Assembly: GCA_937876355.1 (NCBI GenBank)
Contig: CALFHN010000177.1
Location: 54 to 64,053 of the forward strand
Reading direction: 5' to 3'
Length of the DNA stretch: 64,000 nucleotides
DNA from: an uncultured Bacteroidota bacterium
Lineage (GTDB): Bacteria > Bacteroidota > Rhodothermia > Rhodothermales > UBA10348
Below the pieces are notes generated by a model that worked only from the letters and a program-made list of their open reading frames with translations, ran no database searches and had not been told where the DNA came from. Numbering within the stretch: position 1 is the first letter of the stretch; the number at the start of each line of letters is the position of its first letter. The translations under genes were made by a program, and so were the position numbers. Below, in pieces: positions 55,220 through 64,000 of the stretch.

Positions 55220-55768
55220 GTGAATATGGAAACGACTCGCACAGTGTTTGAAATAATATCCGCTTTTGTTCTTCCGGCTTTAATAGTCGGATTTCCCGTT
55301 TACGGATTGATAAAAAAAGTACCTGTCTACGAAGTTTTCGTAGATGGTGCAAAAGATGGCTTTAAGGTTGCCGTCACCATCATTCCATATTTAGTGGCCA
55401 TACTTTTTGCCATCGGAATGTTTAGGGCATCGGGCGCAATGGATTTCATGGTTGAAGGCCTCCGGCCCATTTTTTCATGGTTTGGAGTACCTCCAGAGGT
55501 TCTTCCCATGATGATTATTCGTCCCCTTACCGGTTCTGGATCTGCCGCTATTGTACTCGATATGATTCAGCAATTTGGAGAAGACTCGATCTTGGTAAAA
55601 ATGGTCGCGACTATGTTTGGATCTACCGAAACGACATTTTATGTTATCGCCGTCTATTTCGGCGCGGTAAATGTCCGAAAGACTCGTCATGCTATTCCAG
55701 CGGGCCTTATTGCAGATGGCGTGTCCCTGATTTTATCTGTTTTTGTCGTCCGTTGGTTGTTCGGATAG
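55220..55768 (+). CDS. Nucleoside-recognition-domain membrane protein, SpmB-like
   Basis: 'IIPYLVAILFAIGMFRASGAMD', 'PLTGSGSAAIV', 'FGSTETTFYVIAVYFGAV'. It starts 1 nt after the SpmA-like stop. Confidence 0.75.
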   Translation: MNMETTRTVFEIISAFVLPALIVGFPVYGLIKKVPVYEVFVDGAKDGFKVAVTIIPYLVAILFAIGMFRASGAMDFMVEGLRPIFSWFGVPPEVLPMMIIRPLTGSGSAAIVLDMIQQFGEDSILVKMVATMFGSTETTFYVIAVYFGAVNVRKTRHAIPAGLIADGVSLILSVFVVRWLFG

Positions 55769-55800
55769 TGAGGCATTCATCCTGCTAGAAGGCCATTTTT

Positions 55801-57258
55801 ATGAACGTTTGTTTTGTGACCAGTGAGTGTGTGCCATTTGCAAAAACCGGAGGGTTGGCTGATGTGTCTTCCTCGCTTCCCATTGTTCTTTCTCAAAAGG
55901 GGCACAAGATTAAGCTAGTAATGCCGCTTTATGACTCCATTTCGGTTCTAGATTACGGTTTTTTTAAGGCGTCGGAGTTGGATAGAACGGAAATTGTAAT
56001 GGGGCAGGAGTCCATACCAATAGATGTTTGGTATGGCCATCTACTGGGTTCTAGTGTTGAGGTATACTTGATCGATTGTCCTCGATTTTATCACCGAGGC
56101 CGAATATATACTGACGACAACGATGAAGCCGATCGATTTATTCTCCTTCAGCATGCCGCTTTTGTGATCATGCAACGGTATAATTTTTCGCCAGACATCA
56201 TTCATTCAAATGACTGGCAGACGGCTTTGATGCCGGCTATGCTTAAATATCACTACAACTGGGACCGTCTTTTTTCAACTACTCGAACGGTCCTCTCAAT
56301 ACATAACCTTGCCTATCAAGGTCTTACACATCCCGATTTCACCTTTCGAGCCGGATTGCCTAGAGAATTAGCAGACAATGGAGGTCTTTTTGAATGGTCT
56401 AACTCATTTTCTTTTTTAAAAACCGGAATTTTAACTGCGGATAAATTGTCTACCGTTTCTCCGACGTATGCCCGGGAAATTCAGACAGATTCCTTTGGTG
56501 AAGGCCTCGATGGTCTTCTCAGAATGCGTTCGGACAGTTTGAGGGGTATTCTCAACGGCATTGATACCGAAATCTGGAATCCATCTACAGATCCATTCAT
56601 TCCAAACCATTTCGACGAGAACGATCTGTCCGGAAAAGTTGCTTGCCGGCTTGCTTTATCAAAAGAATTGGGATTAAGTCTTGATGCAAATGAACCGCTC
56701 ATGGGAATCGTTTCCCGATTCGCCTCTCAAAAAGGATTTGATCTGCTAGTCGTAATTTTTAAGGACCTAATGAAATATTCCAACCTTCGGTTTGCTATTT
56801 TGGGCAGCGGGGATGCGTTTTACGAAAATTACTTCGAACAAATGAGCAAGGAATACCCTGGTCGTGTGGTTTTATACAAAGGGTTTAATGAAGGCTTGGC
56901 TCATCGAATTGAAGCTGCTTCCGATATGTTTTTAATGCCGTCCTATTACGAACCTTGCGGACTCAATCAAATGTATAGTCTTCGATATGGGACTATTCCC
57001 ATCGTCCATAAAACTGGAGGTTTGGCGGATACCGTTTTTGATGCAGATGAATTCCCTATGCTAGGAACTGGTTTTTCTTTCTGGAACGCAACTCCTGATG
57101 TCCTTAAAGACACGATTTTCCGAGCCCTGGACTGGTTCGAGAGTAAGAAAAAATGGAAAACCCTTCAATTCAGAGGCATGACGCAAGATTTTTCATGGAC
57201 AAAATCGGCGGATGAATATGTTGACATGTACCAATCGGCAGTAGTTACTGCGATATAA
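55801..57258 (+). CDS. glgA: Glycogen (starch) synthase
   Basis: 'VTSECVPFAKTGGLADV' (KTGGL motif), 'HSNDWQTAL', 'PSYYEPCGLNQMYSLRYGTIPIVHKTGGLADTV'. Confidence 0.93.
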   Translation: MNVCFVTSECVPFAKTGGLADVSSSLPIVLSQKGHKIKLVMPLYDSISVLDYGFFKASELDRTEIVMGQESIPIDVWYGHLLGSSVEVYLIDCPRFYHRGRIYTDDNDEADRFILLQHAAFVIMQRYNFSPDIIHSNDWQTALMPAMLKYHYNWDRLFSTTRTVLSIHNLAYQGLTHPDFTFRAGLPRELADNGGLFEWSNSFSFLKTGILTADKLSTVSPTYAREIQTDSFGEGLDGLLRMRSDSLRGILNGIDTEIWNPSTDPFIPNHFDENDLSGKVACRLALSKELGLSLDANEPLMGIVSRFASQKGFDLLVVIFKDLMKYSNLRFAILGSGDAFYENYFEQMSKEYPGRVVLYKGFNEGLAHRIEAASDMFLMPSYYEPCGLNQMYSLRYGTIPIVHKTGGLADTVFDADEFPMLGTGFSFWNATPDVLKDTIFRALDWFESKKKWKTLQFRGMTQDFSWTKSADEYVDMYQSAVVTAI

Positions 57259-58954
57259 TAGGTGCCGAGACTCCGTTTTCAATCGATTTGTACACCTCAA
57301 AAGCTCGATGAGCAAACTGTACCTGGGTTTCATCGGGCCGCTTTCCGATAGACTGAACCCTTGTGCGATTTTGATATAACCAATGATCTAATATGCGACG
57401 AGCATCAACTTGAATTCTATCCAAGGCCGATTTTTCCGTAACATTATCTTCAAAACTGCGCAAAACGATCGTTTTAACGGCTTGCAAACTGGGAATCGCT
57501 TCGATGGCTGAAATTTGACCATTGTCAACCATTACAAAAGTCCCTAGCTCGTTTCCCACGGCAAGACAGAGATGCACCATGGGGGGACCTGCGACAGGCG
57601 TTGCAACAGATCCGTATTGACGCACCCTGGTATCCAAAAGCTCAATCCAGTCCCTCAATCCTGCTGCCTCCTCAAATGTAAACCGTTCGGAGGCCCTGAG
57701 CATGTCTACCGTGATCTTGTCGCAAACCTCTGCGATATCTCCTTCCAAAAAATCACAAACAGATCTTACTATTGCCGCATATTCGTCGGCACCAATTTCT
57801 TGTTCGCAGGGAGCCGCGCACCGGCCGATATCTGCTCTTACACATCGTTTGCCAGATCCAAATTCCGTACTCGAACAATTTCTCAATTTGAAGTATTTTT
57901 CGGCGATTTCAACAACCGTCTTTGCTTGAGATCGATTTTTCAAAGGGCCGTAGTACTTGGCTCCATCTTCCCTGACAATGACCTGGACCGTTAATCCAGG
58001 AAAAGGATCTGCCCCACCGATGCGTAAATAGGGCCGCGGGATATATTTGGTCTGAGCCCTATTAAATGGTGGGTCCAGTTCTTTAATTTGTCGGCTTTCA
58101 AATACCAGCGCATGTAGTTCGGTCGTGGTAACATCCCAATCGATGCCGCGAACCTTTGCGATCAATTGTCTCAATCGAGGCGGATGAGCCTCAATAGCTG
58201 TGAAATAGCTTGATACACGTTTGGCCAAAACCTTGGCTTTTCCGACGTAAAGGACTTTTCCTTTTCCGTCTTTCATGTAATAGACTCCTGGAGCTTCTGG
58301 AAGCCGAGGAAGCACATCTCGCCTAATCTCAATTACATGCTTGGAAAACGGATTAACTTTCGAATAGGTCTTGCCTTGAAGACTCAGCAACTCGTGAATG
58401 TCAGTTATTTTGTGCTCGTCAATGGCTATTTGAGCCAGTCGCTCTAGGACCATAGTGGTGATTTCCACATCTCTGGCAGCCCGGTGCCTGCCTTCGTCAG
58501 GAATTCGAAAAAATCGAGCTAGATTGCCCAAACTTTTTGACCTCAGCCCCGGAAGCAACCGACGTGCCAATCTCAAGCTGCATAATCCTCGATTGGTCAT
58601 AGGTGAAAGACCTAGACGTTCTAATTCGGCATTAATAAAAGACTGATCAAATCTAATATTGTGAGCAACAAAAATGCCTTCATCCAAAAACATCTGAAAC
58701 TGTGGGATGACAACTTCGGAGGTAGGCTTCCCTATCACCATTGAGGATGATATGCCCGTAATTCGAGTGATAGTACTGGGAATGCTCAGTCCTGGGTCGA
58801 TCAATTCAGAAAACCACTCATCATTTTGAAGAGGAGTGATTTTTTGGGCAGCGATCTCAATAATTCGATTTACTTGCGCGTGTAGACCGGTCGTTTCGGT
58901 ATCTGTTACAACCAGAGATTCGTCGGAAGTAAGGAGCTGATGAAGGGCGCGCAT
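57245..58954 (-). CDS. DnaQ-like 3'-5' exonuclease fused to a GIY-YIG (UvrC/Cho-like) nuclease
   Basis: Exo I 'VVTDTETTGL', Exo II 'FVAHNIRFDQSFI', Exo III 'HRAARDVEIT', then the GIY-YIG block 'PGVYYMKDGKGKVLYVGKAKVLAKR' and a Cys cluster 'CVRADIGRCAAPC'. Confidence 0.85.
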   Translation of the reverse strand: MRALHQLLTSDESLVVTDTETTGLHAQVNRIIEIAAQKITPLQNDEWFSELIDPGLSIPSTITRITGISSSMVIGKPTSEVVIPQFQMFLDEGIFVAHNIRFDQSFINAELERLGLSPMTNRGLCSLRLARRLLPGLRSKSLGNLARFFRIPDEGRHRAARDVEITTMVLERLAQIAIDEHKITDIHELLSLQGKTYSKVNPFSKHVIEIRRDVLPRLPEAPGVYYMKDGKGKVLYVGKAKVLAKRVSSYFTAIEAHPPRLRQLIAKVRGIDWDVTTTELHALVFESRQIKELDPPFNRAQTKYIPRPYLRIGGADPFPGLTVQVIVREDGAKYYGPLKNRSQAKTVVEIAEKYFKLRNCSSTEFGSGKRCVRADIGRCAAPCEQEIGADEYAAIVRSVCDFLEGDIAEVCDKITVDMLRASERFTFEEAAGLRDWIELLDTRVRQYGSVATPVAGPPMVHLCLAVGNELGTFVMVDNGQISAIEAIPSLQAVKTIVLRSFEDNVTEKSALDRIQVDARRILDHWLYQNRTRVQSIGKRPDETQVQFAHRAFEVYKSIENGVSAPIISQ

Positions 58955-59036
58955 TGGTGCTGAGAAGATTCAGCAACTTTACTCTTTTTTCGCGAAAGTG
59001 ATTCCAACCAACAACCTGTCAGGCTCAAAGCTACCC

Positions 59037-59780
59037 TTAGGCCGCCAATCGGTGCCCAATATCCCTGATTTTTGGAGCGGCAAAACGAGGGAATGAAAAG
59101 GAAGCAACAGCACCTTTTTCCTGGCCATTCTCTAAAGAGACCTTTCCTGAAACCTCGATTGCTGCTTTTTGGGCTAGCGCCAAACCTAGTCCCAAACCAT
59201 CGTGCTCCCGATTTAAACCGGTAGATCCCTGAACAAATGGTTCAAACAATTTTTCAGGTTTTTCCGTTAAGCCCATACCCTGATCTTCGATTCGAATCGT
59301 GACGTTTGTCGAAGTCGCAAACACTTGAATGTGAATCGATCCGCTTTCCGAAAACTTGATTGCGTTGTCGATGAGCTGTTTGACAACCGATTCAATCAGA
59401 TTTGTTGCAGCATATGACGCTATTCTAGATTCACGTCCGGTCACTGTAATGTCAATCGATTTGGCTGCTGCAGCAGAGCGCAGCTTGTCTGCAACGGAGG
59501 ACACTAACGTCACTATTTCGCAGTTCTCCGGGGTTACCCCTCCGCCCAATTCAGTCGATTCCCAAGTTAACAGAGAATTAATTACTTGATTCAATCGTTC
59601 CACGTTTTCAATGATCGGAGAAATAACATCGTGCAATCCAGGGTCGACTTCTTCCTTCAAAATCTGTGCATACCCACTTATCACAGCGAGCGGCGTGCGC
59701 AATTCGTGCGATAAGACGTGAATACGGTCTACTTCCAGATTGGATGTTTCCCGCAAGGGTTGAATAGAGTACAGTTTCAT
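59037..59780 (-). CDS. Soluble histidine kinase core (DHp plus CA only, no input domain)
   Basis: The H-box 'SHELRTPLAVISGYAQIL' begins about 24 aa from the N-terminus. 'DNAIKFS', 'DQGMGL', 'GLGLGLALAQK'. No TM or sensor domain. Confidence 0.85.
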   Translation of the reverse strand: MKLYSIQPLRETSNLEVDRIHVLSHELRTPLAVISGYAQILKEEVDPGLHDVISPIIENVERLNQVINSLLTWESTELGGGVTPENCEIVTLVSSVADKLRSAAAAKSIDITVTGRESRIASYAATNLIESVVKQLIDNAIKFSESGSIHIQVFATSTNVTIRIEDQGMGLTEKPEKLFEPFVQGSTGLNREHDGLGLGLALAQKAAIEVSGKVSLENGQEKGAVASFSFPRFAAPKIRDIGHRLAA

Positions 59781-59847
59781 GTTCCAACGGCAGTTTATGG
59801 TCCTTCCGTTGGGAGTATCGGCGCAATAAACGACCTCTAAAGCAATT

Positions 59848-61248
59848 TTATTTGTTCACTTTAGATTTCAATCCTAGTGCCTTAAAAAGGGATTCGCCCA
59901 CCGCAGTGTTGTCCATTGTACCAGAATACCTCTCAGATCCGGGACCATACGCAAATAACGGCACATCTACTGAAGTGTGATTCCCGGTCGACCATCCTAC
60001 ACGTGCCATTCTAGCGGTTGAATCCATTAGCATAATTCGTAGATGACTATAAGCTGCAGAGTCGCCGGCTACTATTCGGTACTGTACGATTTTTTTTACA
60101 GCAGTTTGAAATAGTTCAGAGCGAAGGCCAAATCGTTTGTCCGATTCCGTTTCTATCCAATTTGCCGCGTCTAAGTCGTTTGCTGCCGTTGTAAACTGTG
60201 CGTCAATTAAAAACTTTTCAATCGACGAAGTGACGTCTTTAAGTCTTGATGGGTCGTACGTATAGCCCGAGAGCTGGCCCCACTGGGCCCCCAGCGTCAA
60301 TCCCCCGGTCTCGTGGTCAGAAGTACCAATCACGAGCGTTTGTTTGTCTTTTTGCGCATATTCAACAGCGGCCTTCATTGCATCGTCATAGGCTAAAACA
60401 TCATGAATATGGGCAGCCGTGTCATTTGCATGACCTGCATGATCAATTCGACCTGCTTCAATCATGATAAAAAACGGTTTATTGGAGTTTGACAACAATT
60501 CCAGGGCTTTCACGGTCATTTCAGCCAAGGATGGTTCCTGTACTGGATTTCGGTCAATCTCATATGCCATATGACCCGAGGTAAACAGCGCGAGAAGCGG
60601 AAGTTCTGTTGCCGCCATCATCTCAGTTCTAGAGGATGCCTGGCTGTATCCTGCCCTTTTCGCCTCTTCAAACAAGTTTCTCCCGTCTTTTCGCAACCCT
60701 CCCTGCTCCACCGGCAAATAGAAGCTACTCCCTCCTCCCATTAGTATTTCAATTCCTTTTCCAATCTGCTGGGATCCAATTTCTGCCTCCATATTCCGGT
60801 TTATGACATGGCTGGAGAACGCTGCAGGTGTGGCATGAGTAATTCGAGCTGTTGATATTAAGGCCGTTTGGTAGCCAGCCCTTTCTGCTGCTTCCAAAAC
60901 TGATTCAACGGGTTGTTGGTTGACATCCATCCCTATCGAGCCATTGTACGTTTTAATTGCGCAGGAATAGGCCGTCGCGCTGGCTGCCGAATCGGTAATT
61001 CTGTGATTAGAAGCAAATGTTGCCACGGAAGCCTTATTAAACGAGTCCAAAAATAAAGAAGGAGCTCCTCCAGTTGATTTTTGGAATTCCCGGGCTAATC
61101 CGAAACTTGCCGGACCACATCCGTCGGAAATAAAGAAGACGACGTTTTTTGGCTGACCTGTTCGAGATAACTCCGATTGGCCAGAAAGCAGTGAATTACA
61201 GGATATCGAACTAAAAAGAAAAAGGACTATGACAACTATTCGGTTCAT
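59848..61248 (-). CDS. phoA: Alkaline phosphatase (PhoA family) lipoprotein
   Basis: Lipobox 'SSISC'. 'FFISDGCG', nucleophile block 'TDSAASATA', 'IDHAGHAND', 'TSDHETGG', 'GNHTS'. Confidence 0.9.
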   Translation of the reverse strand: MNRIVVIVLFLFSSISCNSLLSGQSELSRTGQPKNVVFFISDGCGPASFGLAREFQKSTGGAPSLFLDSFNKASVATFASNHRITDSAASATAYSCAIKTYNGSIGMDVNQQPVESVLEAAERAGYQTALISTARITHATPAAFSSHVINRNMEAEIGSQQIGKGIEILMGGGSSFYLPVEQGGLRKDGRNLFEEAKRAGYSQASSRTEMMAATELPLLALFTSGHMAYEIDRNPVQEPSLAEMTVKALELLSNSNKPFFIMIEAGRIDHAGHANDTAAHIHDVLAYDDAMKAAVEYAQKDKQTLVIGTSDHETGGLTLGAQWGQLSGYTYDPSRLKDVTSSIEKFLIDAQFTTAANDLDAANWIETESDKRFGLRSELFQTAVKKIVQYRIVAGDSAAYSHLRIMLMDSTARMARVGWSTGNHTSVDVPLFAYGPGSERYSGTMDNTAVGESLFKALGLKSKVNK

Positions 61249-61358
61249 AACAAGCGTGCTCAGTTCAGGATGGAAGAGGCGAGAAGAACTTCAAAATCGA
61301 TAATACGGACGCCTCGCGCCAAAATCAGTCATCCATACAATGTGATGCATAAAAATGA

Positions 61359-62426
<1,068 letters not shown>

Positions 62427-62447
62427 TCCATCTTGGAATTGGTTAGC

Positions 62448-62484
62448 AGCGGGGCCGCCCACAGGGCGGCCCCGCTACTTTTGT
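62448..62484 (+). terminator. Rho-independent terminator of mdh
   Basis: Perfect 13-bp GC-rich stem AGCGGGGCCGCCC-aca-GGGCGGCCCCGCT followed by ACTTTTGT. Confidence 0.9.
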
Positions 62485-62609
62485 ACCTTTCATTCTACCC
62501 TTCTTTCGTCGAACCATTCGATAAAACGGACGTAGATCCATTCTAGCCCTCATTCCGGCCCTTTTTCCAACCTCTGGATACGATTGACATTCCATTCGGT
62601 ATTATTTTG

Positions 62610-63368
62610 ATGCGAAGTTATTCCATTGCCTTTATTCTGTTTATTTCTTTTTCATTAGCAGCGTGTGATTCAAATTCTGGACCTGATGAACAAGTTGTAG
62701 TCTCTGATTTGGAAGTCGGCACGGGCGCAGCCGTCCAGTCAGGTCACACGTTAGTTGTTGAATACGTAGGTGAATTTACAGACGGGACTATTTTTGATTC
62801 TACCGCCGAAAAAGGTGAACCATTTATTTTTACACTAGGTGTAAATCAGGTCCTTAAAGGATGGGACACTGGACTTCAGGGAATGAGAGTTGGTGGCATC
62901 CGAAAATTGGAAATCCCTTCTCATCTGGCCTTCGGAAAGAACGGTCAGTGTTTTTCAAATGGGGAGTGTCCCGTCCCAGGAAATACAGATGTGATTTATG
63001 AAGTCACTTTGCTTGACATTTTCGACGAGGTTTTGATCCAAGACACGCTTTCTGGGGAAGGTTTGGCTGCTGAACTTGGCGATGTATTGGTGGTGAGTTA
63101 CATCGGCCATTTAAACAACAGTGAGGGTACGGTATTTGACGCCTCTACGGTTCAAGCCGGAAACTTCCTTTTTACACTTGGAACTGGTTCCGTCATCGCT
63201 GGCTGGGAAATCGGCCTTCAGGGGATGAAAGTCGGAGGGATACGAGAGCTGACGATTCCTCCAATTTACGGCTATGGGGCTTTCGGAAGTTCTGGGGTCA
63301 TTCCACCATATGCGGTATTGTATTTTAAAGTTGAATTAGTCGAACTCATAAAAAGGCCAACTGGTTAA
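62610..63368 (+). CDS. Tandem-domain FKBP-type peptidyl-prolyl isomerase lipoprotein
   Basis: Lipobox 'SLAAC'. Two FKBP_C modules: 'VLKGWDTGLQGMRVGGIRKLEIPSHLAFG' and 'VIAGWEIGLQGMKVGGIRELTIPPIYGYG'. Confidence 0.9.
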   Translation: MRSYSIAFILFISFSLAACDSNSGPDEQVVVSDLEVGTGAAVQSGHTLVVEYVGEFTDGTIFDSTAEKGEPFIFTLGVNQVLKGWDTGLQGMRVGGIRKLEIPSHLAFGKNGQCFSNGECPVPGNTDVIYEVTLLDIFDEVLIQDTLSGEGLAAELGDVLVVSYIGHLNNSEGTVFDASTVQAGNFLFTLGTGSVIAGWEIGLQGMKVGGIRELTIPPIYGYGAFGSSGVIPPYAVLYFKVELVELIKRPTG

Positions 63369-63399
63369 AAAAGGAGCCTTTCGCGAAATGCTCCTTTTT
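63368..63399. terminator. Bidirectional intrinsic terminator between convergent FKBP and response-regulator genes
   Basis: AAAAAGGAGC-(12 nt, itself self-complementary TTTCGCGAAA)-GCTCCTTTTT. The A-tract and T-tract flanks allow it to function on both strands. Confidence 0.8.
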
Positions 63400-63418
63400 C
63401 AAAATTGCACCTTCGAGG

Positions 63419-64000
63419 TTAGATGAGTGGCGAAACGTATCGTTCACTTTCAACCCACTGAACTGCGTGTTGCATCAGCTCTGAAGCATTTGCAAGATTT
63501 AATTTCGACTTTACTCTGGCTCGGTACGATTCTATAGTTTTAACAGACAGTTTCAGTATTTCGGCAATTTCCCTCGTACCAATTCCTCGTCCTGTCATTT
63601 CAAAAACTTCTAACTCCCTGTCTGACAATACTTCCAAGGGAGAATCATTGAAGGCTTGATGCCCACTTGCAATGCCTTGAAGAAGCCGTTCGTTGATTAC
63701 TGAAGACACATAAACAGCACCCGCGTCAATTCTACGAAGAGCTTTTATAACCATCTCTGGAGCTTCTGATTTCATCACGTATCCCTTCGCTCCTGCTCGT
63801 ATGGCCCTCTCGGCATATAGTGATTCGTCGTGTCTCGATAAAACGAGTTTCTTGACCTTGCTCATCGAGATTTGAAGGTATTTCAGCAAATCGAGGCCAC
63901 TCGTTCCCGGCAATGATATATCAATAATTGCCAAATCAGGATCCGAAAGTGGCATTTTCTCAATCGCTTCTTCAGCGTTTGAAGCCTCACCACAAACACA
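63419..64000 (-). CDS. NarL/LuxR-family response regulator (REC plus HTH), N-terminus cut by the window edge
   Basis: LuxR HTH 'LSDRELEVFEMTGRGIGTREIAEILKLSVKTIESYRARVKSKL'. The REC tail is '...AIIDISLPGTSGLDLL'. Hand translation upstream of the track Met stays open to position 64000 ('CVCGEASNAEEAIEK-MPLSDPDL'), so the true start lies outside the window. Confidence 0.9.
   Translation of the reverse strand, partial: CVCGEASNAEEAIEKMPLSDPDLAIIDISLPGTSGLDLLKYLQISMSKVKKLVLSRHDESLYAERAIRAGAKGYVMKSEAPEMVIKALRRIDAGAVYVSSVINERLLQGIASGHQAFNDSPLEVLSDRELEVFEMTGRGIGTREIAEILKLSVKTIESYRARVKSKLNLANASELMQHAVQWVESERYVSPLI

Overview
This is a densely coding chromosomal core region, with about 56 supportable CDS. 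All product calls come from motif and pattern recognition only, because no BLAST, HMM or Rfam search could be run. GC looks mid-40s % by eye and was not computed. The gene content suggests an FCB-group bacterium (Bacteroidota, Rhodothermota or Balneolota-like). The supporting signs are a fused BCKDH E1 alpha/beta, a PorV/PorQ-like barrel, a GH3-beta-lactamase fusion, many lipobox lipoproteins and mostly Shine-Dalgarno-less start codons.

The recognisable genes are mostly housekeeping:
- DNA, replication and repair: HU, a DnaQ-GIY-YIG nuclease.
- Metabolism: tyrosine catabolism (hppD-hmgA), purA, tpiA, BCKDH E1, methylmalonyl-CoA epimerase, glgA, mdh, phoA.
- Envelope and respiration: secDF, heme A biosynthesis (ctaA-ctaB).
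- RNA modification: rlmN and two RsmB/F-type methyltransferases.
- Signalling: two histidine kinases and a NarL-type response regulator that is cut by the window edge.

I found no rRNA, tRNA, CRISPR array, transposase, integrase, phage gene or recognisable defence system.

I cannot point to one clear-cut novel system. The least conventional parts are:
1. An envelope-glycan neighbourhood at 38.4-48.4 kb. A WbaP-like initiating transferase is divergent from a translationally coupled Wzi-like, small-barrel and plug-barrel triad, separated by a 3 x 16-bp direct repeat. A PorV-like, GT2 and TonB operon lies nearby. No canonical Wza/Wzc/Wzx/Wzy or ABC exporter is present.
2. An orphan PilB/GspE-type ATPase paired with a stand-alone N-domain-like protein.
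3. An anti-sigma-like membrane protein with no cognate sigma factor, located downstream of a DUF62 SAM hydrolase.
4. Several degenerate or modified domains: a Cys-less FmdB zinc ribbon, a Cys-less TlpA fold and a SpmA with a large loop insertion.
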